Origin: the human T2T-CHM13v2.0 reference genome, Homo sapiens
Length of the DNA: 64,000 nucleotides
NCBI RefSeq assembly: GCF_009914755.1
Contig: NC_060931.1
Reading direction: 5' to 3' (one strand)
Each line of letters opens with the position of its first letter. The first letter of the stretch is position 1. A model generated the notes under the pieces. It was not told where the DNA came from, ran no database searches, and saw only the letters and a list, made by a program, of their open reading frames with translations. This document shows, piece by piece, positions 12,090 to 28,404 of the stretch. A program made the translations under genes and the position numbers.

Positions 12090-13232
12090 ATAGAACAGAA
12101 TAAAACAGATCCAAACATATATGGTAACCTGATTTGTGATAAGGGAGAAACAGTACAGTGGGGAAAAGATGGCCTTTTCAGTAAATGGTGCTTGGATCAA
12201 CTGGACCCATACTTCAATCCATATACAAAAATCAATCCCAGATGAACTGCAAACTTAAATGTTGTTACAGTAAAACAAAAAATGTTTTTAAAGAAAATTA
12301 TAGGACATCTCTGTGACCCTGCAATAGGCACAGATAACATATATAGCACAAGAAAGAAACCTAGAGAGAAGACAATGTATTACATATATCTGACAAACAA
12401 CTCACATTCAGATTACATAAAGCACTCCTACTAATCAAAAGAACTAAGATAGCTAAGAACTAAGACAGCTAAGCCAACAGAAAAATGACAAAAGGTCTTG
12501 ACAGACGCATAAGACAGAACATTCAAATGGCCAATAAACATATAAAAAGGTGTGTAACATTTCAACAGTTATCACAGAAACGCAAATTCGCATGAAATAT
12601 AACAACCAGAATGGCTAAAATTAAAAAAACAAAATACTGAGTACTGGCAGGATGTAGAACACTGGAACTCTCATGTACTGTTGATGGCAATGTAAGTGGT
12701 ACAAATAATTTGAAAAAGTACTTGGCAGTATCTACTAAAACTGAACATATATATATATATCCTGATACAGCAATTTCATTCCTAAGTATAGATCCAATAG
12801 AAACATGTACAGACATGTACGAATGTTCATAGAAGTATTATTCATGATATAACAAATAGATTGTACTATATTTACAAAATGGAATACTATAAAGCCACAA
12901 GAATGAAGGAACTAAAATCATACAAAACCACATGGAAGAACATCACAATGTTGAGCAAAAAAAAGTCAGACTTCATGGAATACGTACCTTACAGTTTCAT
13001 ATATACAAAGTATAAAAGCAGAGTAGAAGTTAGGATAGTGATGGTCCTTGGTGGAGGCGAAGGTCCTAACAGGAACAGAGGATGAAGGGCTTTTCTGGAG
13101 TAGTGATAATCTTATTTTTTGATTAGAGTGTTAATTACATGGGCATGTTCAGTTTGTAAGAATTCATCAAGCTTAACACTTATAATATGTGCACATTAAT
13201 GATACATAGAACACTTCATTAAAAAGTTAAAA
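12090..13232 (+). mobile_element. Old L1M (L1MC/ME-like) 3' fragment
   Basis: aaatggtgcttggatcaactgga, caaatggccaataaacatataaaaagg, atggaatactataaagcc and an L1M-type 3'UTR end. Confidence 0.75.
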
Positions 13233-13286
13233 AGATATGCCAAGTATGACTTAAACTAAATACTACCAAGAATAAAATTAACTCAC

Positions 13287-13358
13287 ATTATCGTCAAGTT
13301 GAGCCGAAACTCGGCGATGTTCAGGGTCTGAATCAGTCTTAGGAATTAAAGGAGGCAC
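13287..13358 (-). CDS. SNX13: SNX13 coding exon ~22 (72 nt)
   Basis: tttttag|GTG...AAT|gtgagt; VPPLIPKTDSDPEHRRVSAQLDDN. Confidence 0.95.
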
Positions 13359-13659
13359 CTAAAAATAAAACCAAATCCACAAAGTAAACACACTAAAGCA
13401 GACAGTGAAAGAACACAACACAATCATAAACCTAAATGAGTATCAGCATTTGATCTGACTTTTGGTACAATATATAAGCCAAATTTAACAATCTAAAATT
13501 TGGAACCAAATATAAAGGGTAATTATTTCACTACTAAAAGGGTTTTCTCCTTTACAAAATAAATGACTTTTGAGTTAGAAATAAAAATTAGTCAGTCAAA
13601 CTCCCATATTTTTTAGAAGAATTCAAAGCTAAGAAAGGTCAAATGACTTGAAAGCCAAA

Positions 13660-14006
13660 AAGTCATGCATCGCATAATGACGTTTTGTTCAACAATACCA
13701 CAGTGGTCCCATAAGATTGTAATACTATATTTTTACTGCATTTTTTCTGTGTCGATATATTTAGATACACATTTGTGTACCATTGTGTTAAAATGCCTAC
13801 AGTATTCAGTACAGTAGCATACTGTAAAGGTTAGTAGCCTAGGAGCAATAGGCAATACTATATAGCCTAGGTGAGAAGTAGGTTTGTGGAACTTACACAT
13901 ACCATCTAGGTTTGTGTAAGTTCACTCTATGATGCTCCCAGATGATGAAATCGCCCGGTGACACATTTCTCAGAACATATCCCTGTTGTTAAGTGATGCA
14001 CATCTG
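13660..14006 (+). mobile_element. Tigger3a (MER7A-like) DNA transposon nested in a MIR
   Basis: TIR-like ends agtcatgcatcgcataatgacg / gttgttaagtgatgcacatctg+TA; body matches remembered consensus. Confidence 0.82.
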
Positions 14007-15117
14007 TAGTTAGTAGTACTGCCAGGGAACAGAGTTCCAATCTTCTTTCTTTTTACCATAAAGAGCTTTTGATATAGTATGTTAATATGTTTAAGAAATT
14101 AACAAAATGTTAGATGGAAAGAAGGACAGAAAGATCAGTATTAGCTGAAAATCATTTGTCAGCACAAGGATTGTCAAGACCATCTCAAGTTATTGGTGAT
14201 GACAAAGAGGCCTAGAAAACTTCAGTGACTTTTGTACAAATTCATATGAGTAATGAACAGCAGAAGTGCGACTGAACAATACTGATTTCAGTGTTAGTAT
14301 ACTTCCTCACAAATAGAAATAAAAATGAGGCATCAGAGAAAGTATGAGAATTAACAGAAAAGTATGATTTACACAATTTTAGGAGTGGCCCTTACATTAA
14401 AGAAAACCTGTTTATATACATTTCCCCTACATTCAAGCATAATCTATCAAGTACAAAATTCTAATACCTATATGTTTTATAGCCTTGATTACAACTTCAA
14501 ATAACTACGTCAAAATGATTTTTAAAATGTTAATTAGGAATTCAACAAACTACACAGTCTAGTACCTTTATGTGTTAATGTAATTAAAAAAAAAATCTCC
14601 CTGTGAAATTCTTCTATGACACGCAGAGGTCTATACCCAGTAACGTATGAGCCCAGAGATTGATGGTAATGATGAACTTTTCTTCTCTTTGATCTGGTAA
14701 TCATTCTATCATGTAAATCAGGAGAAATAAGACTTTATGCTTCCTGAGTGAATACTAGTATAACTCATCTGCACGACAGAATTTGTTTGCTACTAAATTT
14801 AATAGTACTTCATGATAAAAATGGCATAATGAAATAAAACAAGATAAAGAATGTTAACTTTACTAATTTTCAGTTTTTGTTTTAAATGAATTTTAAAACC
14901 CTACCACAGCAGAGACTAACAAGCAAGTGGATTTTACTATACTCATTTCTGGTAAGAATTTTTCTCTTTAGTTCTTTATTCTTTATGAGACTATGTGTCT
15001 AGCAATGTTTGGAAAAGAAATAAGGTTAAGGGACTAAGGTAAATCCAACCAGAATTCAATACATCTTATTGACTTAAAAATAGTTTGCTTTAGACATTAC
15101 TGAAAATGTCTTCTTAC

Positions 15118-15279
15118 CTTAAAAAATGATTGCTTTATGTCTTGACCTAATCTTTCTGACATTTTGCCCATGTTGTCTGACATTTTAGTCATTCCCTCTG
15201 CCAAGCTATCAGGAAGGGATTTAACTGCATTTGAAACATTCCTCATTGAATTGCGAAGTGGATTTACAAAAGTGTCCAT
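15118..15279 (-). CDS. SNX13: SNX13 coding exon ~21 (162 nt)
   Basis: ccctttag|ATG...AAG|gtaaga; MDTFVNPLRNSMRNVSNAVKSLPDSLAEG...QDIKQSFFK (ORF 15097..15279). Confidence 0.96.
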
Positions 15280-15462
15280 CTAAAGGGAAAAAAGATATTA
15301 TACCATGACTTTATTGTACCAGAGTTGTTATCCAAATGACAAGCCTTGGAAAATATAGAGTGCAACACTGGAAAGATGCAGTAATTTTCTGGTCTATATT
15401 ATGTCGTTACATTTTAAAAGTACAGAAATGTTGTCTTCAGTGTGTCTTAAAAACGTATTTTC

Positions 15463-15774
15463 AGCTGGGCACAGTAGCTCATGCCTATAATTGCAGCACT
15501 TCGGCAGGCTGTAGCAGGAGGATCACTTGAATCCAGGAGTTTGAGACCAGCCTGGGCAACACAGTGAGACCCCATCTCTAAAAAAAAAAAAAAAAAAAAA
15601 GCCAGGTATATTGGTAATGTTGGTACACACCTGTGGTCCTAGCTACTGGGGAAGGTGAGGCAAGAGGATGATTTGATCTCAGGAGTTCAAGGCTGCAGTG
15701 AGCCGTGATCATGTCACTGCACTCCATACATTCCAGCCTGGGCAAAAGTGAGACCCTTGTCACAAAAAACAAAA
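15463..15774 (+). mobile_element. Alu (AluJ-like) with expanded central A-run
   Basis: two arms, GGAGGATCACTTGA, A21 linker, approximate TSD aaaa(c)gtattttc. Confidence 0.9.
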
Positions 15775-15959
15775 GTATTTTCACATACATATATATGATT
15801 TGAAAATCTGCCAGATGAGGTTATTCTTAGAAAATCAATATAAGCTTTGGCTGCCTTCTTATTAAAGAAATTTTGAATAAAAAAAGTTTTCCATTCAAAA
15901 TTGTAAAACAAAAAAAAATGTTTTCCAAAACAGAAATTGATGCAACTAGAATTAGCCAC

Positions 15960-16440
15960 TATATACTTCTGGCACAGTTCAAGGCAACAGTTAGGTATTT
16001 TGAGTAGATACTGAACAGAAAACAGGTAAAATAAACAGAAAACTGAAATAACTAATAAGTATTTGATTTATTTTTTAAAATAATTTTAGAATACATTATA
16101 TGTGCAATTAAAATCTACAGAAGAAATTTGAAGTTCATTACAAAGAAGGAAAAGAGACGTTGCAAATCAGACATGTAAATCTTATCTTAGCAAGGTGGAA
16201 TACGAAGACTGTAAAAGGAAATATGACCAGAGATATAAAAAGGAATTAAAAATCTTCAGAGTGACAGAAAGCAAAAATGGTATAAAATTAAAATAATTTA
16301 CATTAATAAAGAAAGAGACATCTAAAGAAACCAAACTAGAGATGCAGATGAGACTGAGCGATTCTTTAACAGAAATAAAGAAATCAAAGAAAAGACACAA
16401 AACCAAAGTCATACAAAACTACAGAAATGTTTTCCAAAAA
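15960..16440 (+). mobile_element. Probable degraded L1M ORF1-region fragment
   Basis: very A-rich, L1 ORF1-like composition; weak match only. Confidence 0.35.
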
Positions 16441-16908
16441 AAAAAAATTGTTAAGTATCATAAAAGCTACCAGTGAAAACAAATTATGTTTCATGCAAAA
16501 ACAAAAAAATGAATAACAGTAACAAAACTGAATCTCACTGCTTAGGAATCATAGCAACGTTAATAGATGGTAAGAAGACAAAACTCCTTCACTCTAATTT
16601 TATTTTCATAGCTTCCATCAAGAAAAACTAGAAGAGGTAAAATGCATATTAATAAAAAGTGAATTTCAAGATAACTGTACAAGGGCTGAGAGTTTTGGTT
16701 GGTTACTCCCTGGCTTAAGCTCAGCCAATAGTACCATAGATATGCTTGACGGAACATCCAACCCTAGAAGAGACTGTCACAGTACAACCCAGAATAAAAC
16801 CAAAGAACAGAAACTGGCTTGAATAAGGATTTGAAAAACATGACCACTGGTGGAGAGAAACATAAAGATAAAAAGATGAAGTTAAGTCTCACGTTTGGCT
16901 AATGATTC

Positions 16909-16910
<2 letters not shown>

Positions 16911-16958
<48 letters not shown>

Positions 16959-16984
16959 CGCGCGCGCATGCATGCACATGTGTA
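16911..16984. repeat. Compound microsatellite (TG)20(CG)8 plus further alternating pyrimidine-purine tract
   Basis: read directly. Confidence 0.97.
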
Positions 16985-19702
16985 ATTCTAATTCTATATA
17001 CTGTAGTTTTTGGTCAACCAGAATAGTATGTTCAAATCAATCGGGACATTATTTGCAACACTGTGGCCTTTCTTTTAAATGGTAATAACATATAAATAAG
17101 CTAAGTCATGAGAATATAGCGTAGAATTCTAAAGAGAAATAAGCATTAAGCATGACAATGCAACATTTAAAATGTGCAGCTTGGGAAAAAATTGCCACCT
17201 TGCTAATAAGCTAAAATGTTCACAGAAGAAATAGCATTTCAGAAGCATAAAAGGCATGAATTTCAATTTAATCTCCAACCTGAGTTTAAATAGTGTGATA
17301 TCCTCAAAAATATTTTAGAAATTTATACATCTTACACTTCACAGCAGAAACTTGAGTTTACCTATTATGAACTGGTTAAATGAATACTATCTCACATGCT
17401 TATCTAGGCATGAGGCTATACTACCATTGATACTCTAAGAGAAAGTAAATCTATATAATGAATTTCCTAATTAAAAATAGTTGTCTGTGTAGCATCCCAG
17501 AAGTACTGAAGCCTTTTTTTTGTTTGTTTTCCCCACCAAAAGGTAAAGCCCAAGCATTTGTATTAGGAGGGAAGTGGGGTAAGAAGAATGAAAAACCTCT
17601 AAAGGTGACTGTTGGTTAACCATGAAAGAGGCAGAATTTCATAAGCATAAAAGCAAAGTCCATCATTGTATGAAAACATTTCCAAAAACAAGATTTGTTT
17701 TAAAGTAGATTTTTAGAAAAAAAGAAAAACTTTCAGATGATCATGCACAGGAGATTACGGATTGCCAGCTAAGTGTACACTTAGCTGTCCTTACACAGAT
17801 GCTGTATATTCATTCAATTACCACCCCAGCTGAGTTATTTGTATTGTTAACAACATACACAATGGTATTTTAACTTAAATTTAGATCTCTAATTATAGCT
17901 TAAAATGCCTTCACCATGATACAAAACTGGATAGAAAGATACTGTGTACAAAGGAGAAAGGCTACCTGTCTGTTACTTTTTCTAAAAATTGTTTCACAGA
18001 TTTTCCAAAGCTAGGATACATTGTGTGACCAAATTAATGTGTTATAAAGTATTATTTCTCAAGTTCTGAATAGCCATTGATAAAATGTTTGCAGATGATC
18101 TACTTTAATAGCTATTTAATTTCCAGTGAAATATAATTAAGGAAAAAAATATTAAACTATCATTTAGCCAAAAAGGAAATAAAGTTGGAAACCCCAAATT
18201 CTTAATATGCATAAAAATTATTCTGACATTCTAAAGAGGTCAACATGACCTTGGTTATCACCAATATGGTTTATGAAAAATGTGTGTTATTGTGGATTGC
18301 CAGAAATGAATCAGAAAGATAGGTAGACGCCATTATTAATTAAAAAAAAAAAGTGAGTGGCTGGCAAGACAGCCAAATAGGAACAGTTCCGGTCTGCAGC
18401 TCCCAGCGAGATCAACGCAGAAGGTGGGTGATTTTTCCATTTCCAACTGAGGTACCCAGCTCATCTCACTGGGACTAGTTAGAAAGTGGGTGCAGTCCAC
18501 AGAGGGCGAGCTGAAGCAGGGTGGGGCGTCGCGTCACGCGGGAAGTGGAAGGGGTCAGGGAACTCCTTCCCTAGCCAAGGGAAGCCATGAAGGACTGTGC
18601 CTTGAGGAATGGTGATTTTTGGTCCAGATACTACGCTTTTCCCACAGTCTTTGCAACCCACAGACCAGCAGATTTCCTCTGGTGCCTCCGCCACCAGGGG
18701 CCTGGGTTTCAAGCACAAAACTGGGCGGCCGTTTGGACAGACACCAAGCTAGCTGCAGGAGTTTTTTTCATACCCCAGAGGTGCCTGGAATGCCACCGAC
18801 ACAGAACCGTTCACTCCCCTGGAAAGAGGGCTGAAGCCAGGAAGCCAAGTGGTCTAGCTCAGCAGATCCCACCCCCACGGAGCCCAGCAAGCTATAAGAT
18901 CCACTAGCTTGAAATTCTTGCTGCCAGCACAGCAGTATGAAGTCCACCTGGGACACTCGAGCTTGGTGGGGGGAGGGGCGCCCAGCTAGGTGGGGGGAGG
19001 GGCCCCCACTAAGGCTTGAGGAGGTGGTTTTCTCCTTATAGTGTAAACAAAGCCTCAAGGAAGGTCGAACTGGGCGGAGCCCACCACAACTCAGCAAAGC
19101 CACTGTAGCCACACTGCCTCACTAGATTCCTCCTCTGGGCAGGAAAGAAAGGCAGCAACCCCAGACAGGGGCTTATAGATAAAACTCCAATCTCCCTGGG
19201 ACAGAGCACCTGGTGAAAGGTGCGGTTGTGGGCGCAGTTGCAGCATGCTTAAACGTTCCTGCCTGCTGGCTCTGAAGAGAGCGGCAGATCTCCCAGCACA
19301 GCGATCGAGCTCTGCTAAAGGACAGACTGCCTCCTCATGTGGGTCCCTGAGCCCCATGCCTCCTGACTGGGAGACACCTCCCATCAGGGGTCGACAGACA
19401 CCTCATACAGGAGAGCTCCAGCTGGCATCTGGAGAGTGCCCCTCTGGGATGAAGCATCCAGAGGAAGGAACAGGCAGCAATCTTGGCTGCTCTGCAGCCT
19501 CTGCTGGTGATACTCGGGCAAACAGGGTCTGGAGTGGGCCTCCAGCAAACTCCAGCAAACCTGCCACAGAGGGGCCTGATTGTTAGAAGGAAAACTAACA
19601 AACAGAAAGGAACAGCATCAACATCAACAAAAAGGACATCCACACAGAAACCCATCTGAAGGTCAGCAACATCAAAGACCAAAGGTAGATAAATTCACGA
19701 AG

Positions 19703-20725
19703 AAGAGGAAAAACCAGTGCAAAAAGGCTGAAAATTCCAAAAACCAGAACGCATCTTCTCCTCCAAAGGATCACAACTCCTTGCTAGCAAAGGAACAAAA
19801 CTGGATGGAGAATGAGATTGACAAACTGACAGAAGTAAGCTTCAGAAGGTGGGTAATAACAAACTCCTCTGACCTAAAGGAGCATGTTCTAACCCAATGC
19901 GAGGAAACTAAGAACCTTGAAAAAAAGCTGAATTGCTAACTACAATAACCAATGTAGAGAAGATCATAAATGACCTGATGGAGCTGAAAAACACAGCATG
20001 AGAACTTTGTGAAGCATACACAACTCTCAATAGCTGAATCAATTAAGTGGAAGAAAGGATATCAGAGATTGAAGATCAACTTAATGAAATAAAGTGTGAA
20101 GACAAGATTAGAGAAAAAAGAATGAAAAGAAACGAACAAAGCCTCCAAGAAATATGAGACTATGAGAAAAGACCAAACCTAAGTTTGATTGCTGTACCTG
20201 AAAGTGACGGGGAGAATGGAACCAAGTTGGAAAACACTCTTCAGGATATTATCCAGGAGAACTTCCCCAACCTAGCAAGGCAGGCCAACATTCAAATTCA
20301 GGAAATACAGAGAACACCACAAAGATACTCCTCAAGGAGAGCAACTCCAAGATACATAATTGTCAGATTCACCAAGGTTGAAATGAAGGAAAAAATGTTA
20401 AGGGCAGCCAGAGAGAAAGGTCAGGTTACCCACAAAGGGAAGCCCGTCAGACTAACAGCAGATCTCTTGGCAGAATCCCTACAAGCCAGAAGAGAGTGAG
20501 GGCCAATATTCAACATTCTTAAAAAAAAAGAATTCTCAACCCAGAATTTCATATCCAGCCCAACTAAGCTTCATAAGTGAAGGAGAAATAAAATCCTTTA
20601 CAGACAAGCAAATGCAGAGAGATTTTGTCACCACCAGGCCTGCCTTACAAGAGCTCCTGAAGGAAGCACTAAACATGGAAAGGAACAACCAGTATCAGCC
20701 ACTGCAAAAACATGCCAAATTGTAA
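19703..20725 (+). pseudogene. Disrupted L1 ORF1
   Basis: RKNQCKKAENSKNQNASSPPKDHNS and VPESDGENGTKLENTLQDIIQENFPNLARQANIQIQEIQRTP fragments; start ATG appears mutated to AAG; stops and frameshifts. Confidence 0.88.
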
Positions 20726-20788
20726 AGACCATCGATGCTAGGAAGAAACTGCATTAACTAACGAGCAAAATAACCAGCTAACATCATA

Positions 20789-24632
<3,844 letters not shown>

Positions 24633-25179
24633 ACATGGACACAGGGAGGGAAACATCATACACCGGGCCTGTCAGGGGGTTGAGGGCTAGGGGAGGGATA
24701 GCATTAGGAGAAACACCTAATGTAGATCACAGGTTAATGGGTGCAGCAAAGCACCATGGCACATGTATACCTATGTAACAAACCTGCACATTCTGCACAT
24801 GTATCCAAGTACTTAAAGTATAAAAAATAAAAAATGAAAAAAAAGTGTTGTATAACTGTTGGGACATACACGTGTGCTATTGTTGTTTGGTTAAAAAAAA
24901 GTGTACTTTAATATTTCTTTTATCTCCAAAAGCTGATATCAATTTATTACTTTATCTTAAAATGGATATAATCTTTAAAGGAGAAAAGATATATAAACAT
25001 AAAAAACATGGAACACTAAAATGCATCTCTAGTGACAATAAAACTGTTCCAAGTTGGAATTTAACTCAATCACTTCAATCATGAAATACGCAGAAAAGCA
25101 ACATATATTTTTCCCCTCCATTGTAAGGTCCACACCCTAGAACTTATTATTAAAATAAAACACTAACTTAGAAATGTTA

Positions 25180-25261
25180 TTAGGTTGGTGAAAAGGTAAT
25201 TGTGGTTTTTGCCATTTGTTTTAAATGTCCAAAAACTGCAATTACTTTTGCACCAAACTAT
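25180..25261. mobile_element. MADE1 mariner-derived MITE (near-palindrome)
   Basis: ttaggttggtgaaaaggtaattgtggtttttgcc...aaaaactgcaattacttttgcaccaaacta, flanked by TA. Confidence 0.9.
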
Positions 25262-25283
25262 ACAATCAAAAATCCTGAAGTAA

Positions 25284-25594
<311 letters not shown>

Positions 25595-25829
25595 CAAACT
25601 TCCTATAATTGTTAATTCTTACTTATTTTGTATGAATTCCTTAATCTTTTTAAAAAGATGGTCTTTTTAGGGGGACAAAGAATAGTGAGAAACTCCTTGT
25701 TCTTTTTACATTTTCATTTTGAAATAATTTCAGACTTATAAAAAGTGATAAAATACAAAGAGTGGTATAAATAATACCAGCTTCCCCCACTGCTCCTCCT
25801 GCTCCTATTGCTATTATTACTAAGAGCAA

Positions 25830-26050
25830 ACATTTATTCAGAGGTTTATTATTTTCCAGGCACTGTAATATACAGAATATTGCATGATTCACATAATGCT
25901 CTAATGAAATTTAAATCTTCATTTCTTGAGTAAACTGAAGTACCAAAGGTTCAGTAACATGCTCAAGGTCACAGCTAGTAAATAGTAGAGCAGGGATCTG
26001 AAACAAAAGACTGCCTGATTTCAAAGCTTGTGTTCTTACCCACTAAGCTA
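25830..26050 (-). mobile_element. MIR
   Basis: aaactgaagtaccaaaggttcagtaacatgctcaaggtcacagctagtaaatagtagagcagggatctgaa. Confidence 0.7.
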
Positions 26051-26542
26051 TCCTACCTAATTTAAGCATTTATTTACTGTCTTACCTTACGATTTTATTC
26101 CAAGTATGGGTCTTAAACCCTATTTTAAATTATTTAAAATATTTTATATAATAATGATTTTATTCAAAAGGCATACTTTCAGAACATATCCTGCTTAATA
26201 TTTTTATCATTATTCCAAGTAAATGACATTTTCTCTCAGAATGAAACATTTCCCTCTAAAGATAACGAAAAGCTTGTGACTTGTCTCAGGCAAACTTTTC
26301 TTAATGTACCATTTCAAATTTTTTATTTCTTCCTTTCAAGCGTCTGCTGAATTATAATCAACATGTCAAGACAGGAGTTTATATGTAGATATTCCTACCA
26401 ATAGTGATAAACATGCCGAGAACTTAATAAAATTTTCTAGTTTTAAAACACACGTACAAATCTAAATTTATTTTCTTTTATTACAAACAAAGTAAGAAAA
26501 CAGACCTAGAAAGAAACCCAGTGCAGTGGTCTGCTTACTTAC

Positions 26543-26653
26543 CTTGCGAGCAAAATCCCCTTTTCCTTTACTGTAGGCTTTGTTCTCAAGGAAATCATAC
26601 ACATAGTGAGCTAAAGCTGGGGATGCCTTCATCATTTCAGGAGCTAACAGTAA
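26543..26653 (-). CDS. SNX13: SNX13 coding exon ~20 (111 nt), end of PX domain
   Basis: T16-cttgttag|TTA...AAG|gtaagt; LLLAPEMMKASPALAHYVYDFLENKAYSKGKGDFARK. Confidence 0.95.
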
Positions 26654-27013
26654 CTAACAAGAAAAAAAAAAAAAAAAGAAGAGATTATCTTAAACTGACA
26701 GAACGCTAGAAATTACCATTGTTTATAATTTTAGCTCATAAATTTTAAGAATGTATAGTAAAAAATATTGATTTATATTTTTAAAAACCCAATTATACAG
26801 TTAGGATAAAGTCACCAATAATTTTATGACGATTAACAGTTTGGTATATATATTCTTTATATCAGCTATTTTGACTTTAAGTGTATCTAATGTGAAAGTT
26901 GTCTGAACATATTTACTATTATATTTTCAGATCTTATAGCTTATACTAAGAAGATCCACGTTAGAAAACTGTCACGTTATTTGCATAACAATTCTAGGGT
27001 TAACATTAAATAA

Positions 27014-27306
27014 GCTGGGCAAGGTGGCTCATGCCTGTAACCCCAGCACTTTTGGAGATTGAGGCGGGAAAATTGCCCCAGCCAGGAATACAAGACCAGC
27101 CCGGGCAACAAAGCAAAACCCCATCTCTACAAAAAAATTTAAAACATTAGCCAGGCACAGTGGCATGCACCTGTAGTCCTAGCTACTCAGCAGGCTGAGG
27201 CAGGATGATCCCTCGAGCCCAGGAGTTCAAAGTTACAGTGAGCTATGATTGCATCACTGCACTCCAGCCTGGGTGACAGAACAAGATCCTGTCTCAAAAC
27301 AAACAA
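27014..27306 (+). mobile_element. Alu (AluJ-like) with TSD
   Basis: dimeric Alu; TSD AACATTAAATAA at 27002-27013 and 27307-27318. Confidence 0.93.
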
Positions 27307-27892
27307 AACATTAAATAAAAATGGTACGAAATAAAGTACATAAAATAATCCAAACAAAAACATTCAAGTGTTATATGGAAGCCCCAAACAAAACACTGCT
27401 TTCACAACTGCTAATATAACAACATTCTAGCTTGGTTCCTTCAATGGAACAAGTTTTGACATACTGAGTTCATTAGCTAAGAAGTATATAATACATCGAC
27501 ATCTAAAAGATACATTTAGGATAAAAGATTTGGGAAAAGGTGGTTTTTCTTCAGAATCTTGTAAATACATGACACAGACATTTAGCACTTTAAAAAAAAA
27601 ATTCAAATGTTTGAGCCAGGAGAAGACAGGCAAGTGCATTTATCTAAACACAAACAAGCAAAATCCCTAACATGGAGTGTCTAGAAAACTTCTAAGTTAA
27701 TCAATACATACAGAAATAATGTTTACAAATTACTAAGCAGACTGCACGTCACATTTGACATGCTGCACAAAAGTGGTTGCTACCCTGTGATTACAGTAAA
27801 AACATTCTGTGTGCTATATTAAATGAAAAACATTCTACACCTGTGTGCTATATTAAATGAAAATCTGTGGATTATAGTAAACATGAGCTTAC

Positions 27893-28000
27893 CTGCAAAT
27901 ATGCATTTAGATCCTTTTTTCTCTTTTCTAAAAAATCTCTATCCATATTATTAAAAGTCTTTTTTCCAGGAAGTTTCAATATGCTTGAGAGACTTTCAAA
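27893..28000 (-). CDS. SNX13: SNX13 coding exon ~19 (108 nt), PX domain
   Basis: cttacag|TTT...CAG|gtaagc; FESLSSILKLPGKKTFNNMDRDFLEKRKKDLNAYLQ (LPxK and ExR..L..YLQ PX motifs). Confidence 0.96.
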
Positions 28001-28090
28001 CTGTAAGACAAAATACATTCAATAGCACTTTTTATAAAGACAAAAGGTTTTCCCAAGTGATTATTTCTCTACATATTAAAAACATCTTCA

Positions 28091-28404
28091 GGCCAGGTGC
28101 GGTGGCTCACGCCTGTAATCCCAGCACTTTGGGAGGCTGAGGCAGGCGGATCACCTGAGGTCGGGAGTTTGAGATCAGCCTGACCAACATAGAGAGACCC
28201 TGTCTCTACTAAAAATACAAAATTAGCTGGGCATGGTGGCACATGCCTGTAATCCCAGCTACTTGGGAGGATGAGGGAGGAGAGAATAGCTTGAACCCAG
28301 AAGGTAGAGGTTGTGATGAGCCGAGAGTGTGCCATTGCACTCCAGCCTGGGCAACAAGAGCAAAACTCCGTCTCAAAAAACAACAACAACAACAACAACA
28401 AAAA
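28091..28404 (+). mobile_element. Alu (AluSp/Sq-like) with (AAC)n tail
   Basis: GGCCAGGTGCGGTGGCTCACGCC..., gggagtttgag/ctgaccaac/caacaagagc diagnostics; approximate TSD catcttca. Confidence 0.93.

Noticed and set aside
18479-19682. Dense overlapping ORFs of 70-115 aa on both strands
   Set aside because: Expected from the GC-rich L1 5'UTR; I could not support any as L1 ORF0 or as a real gene.
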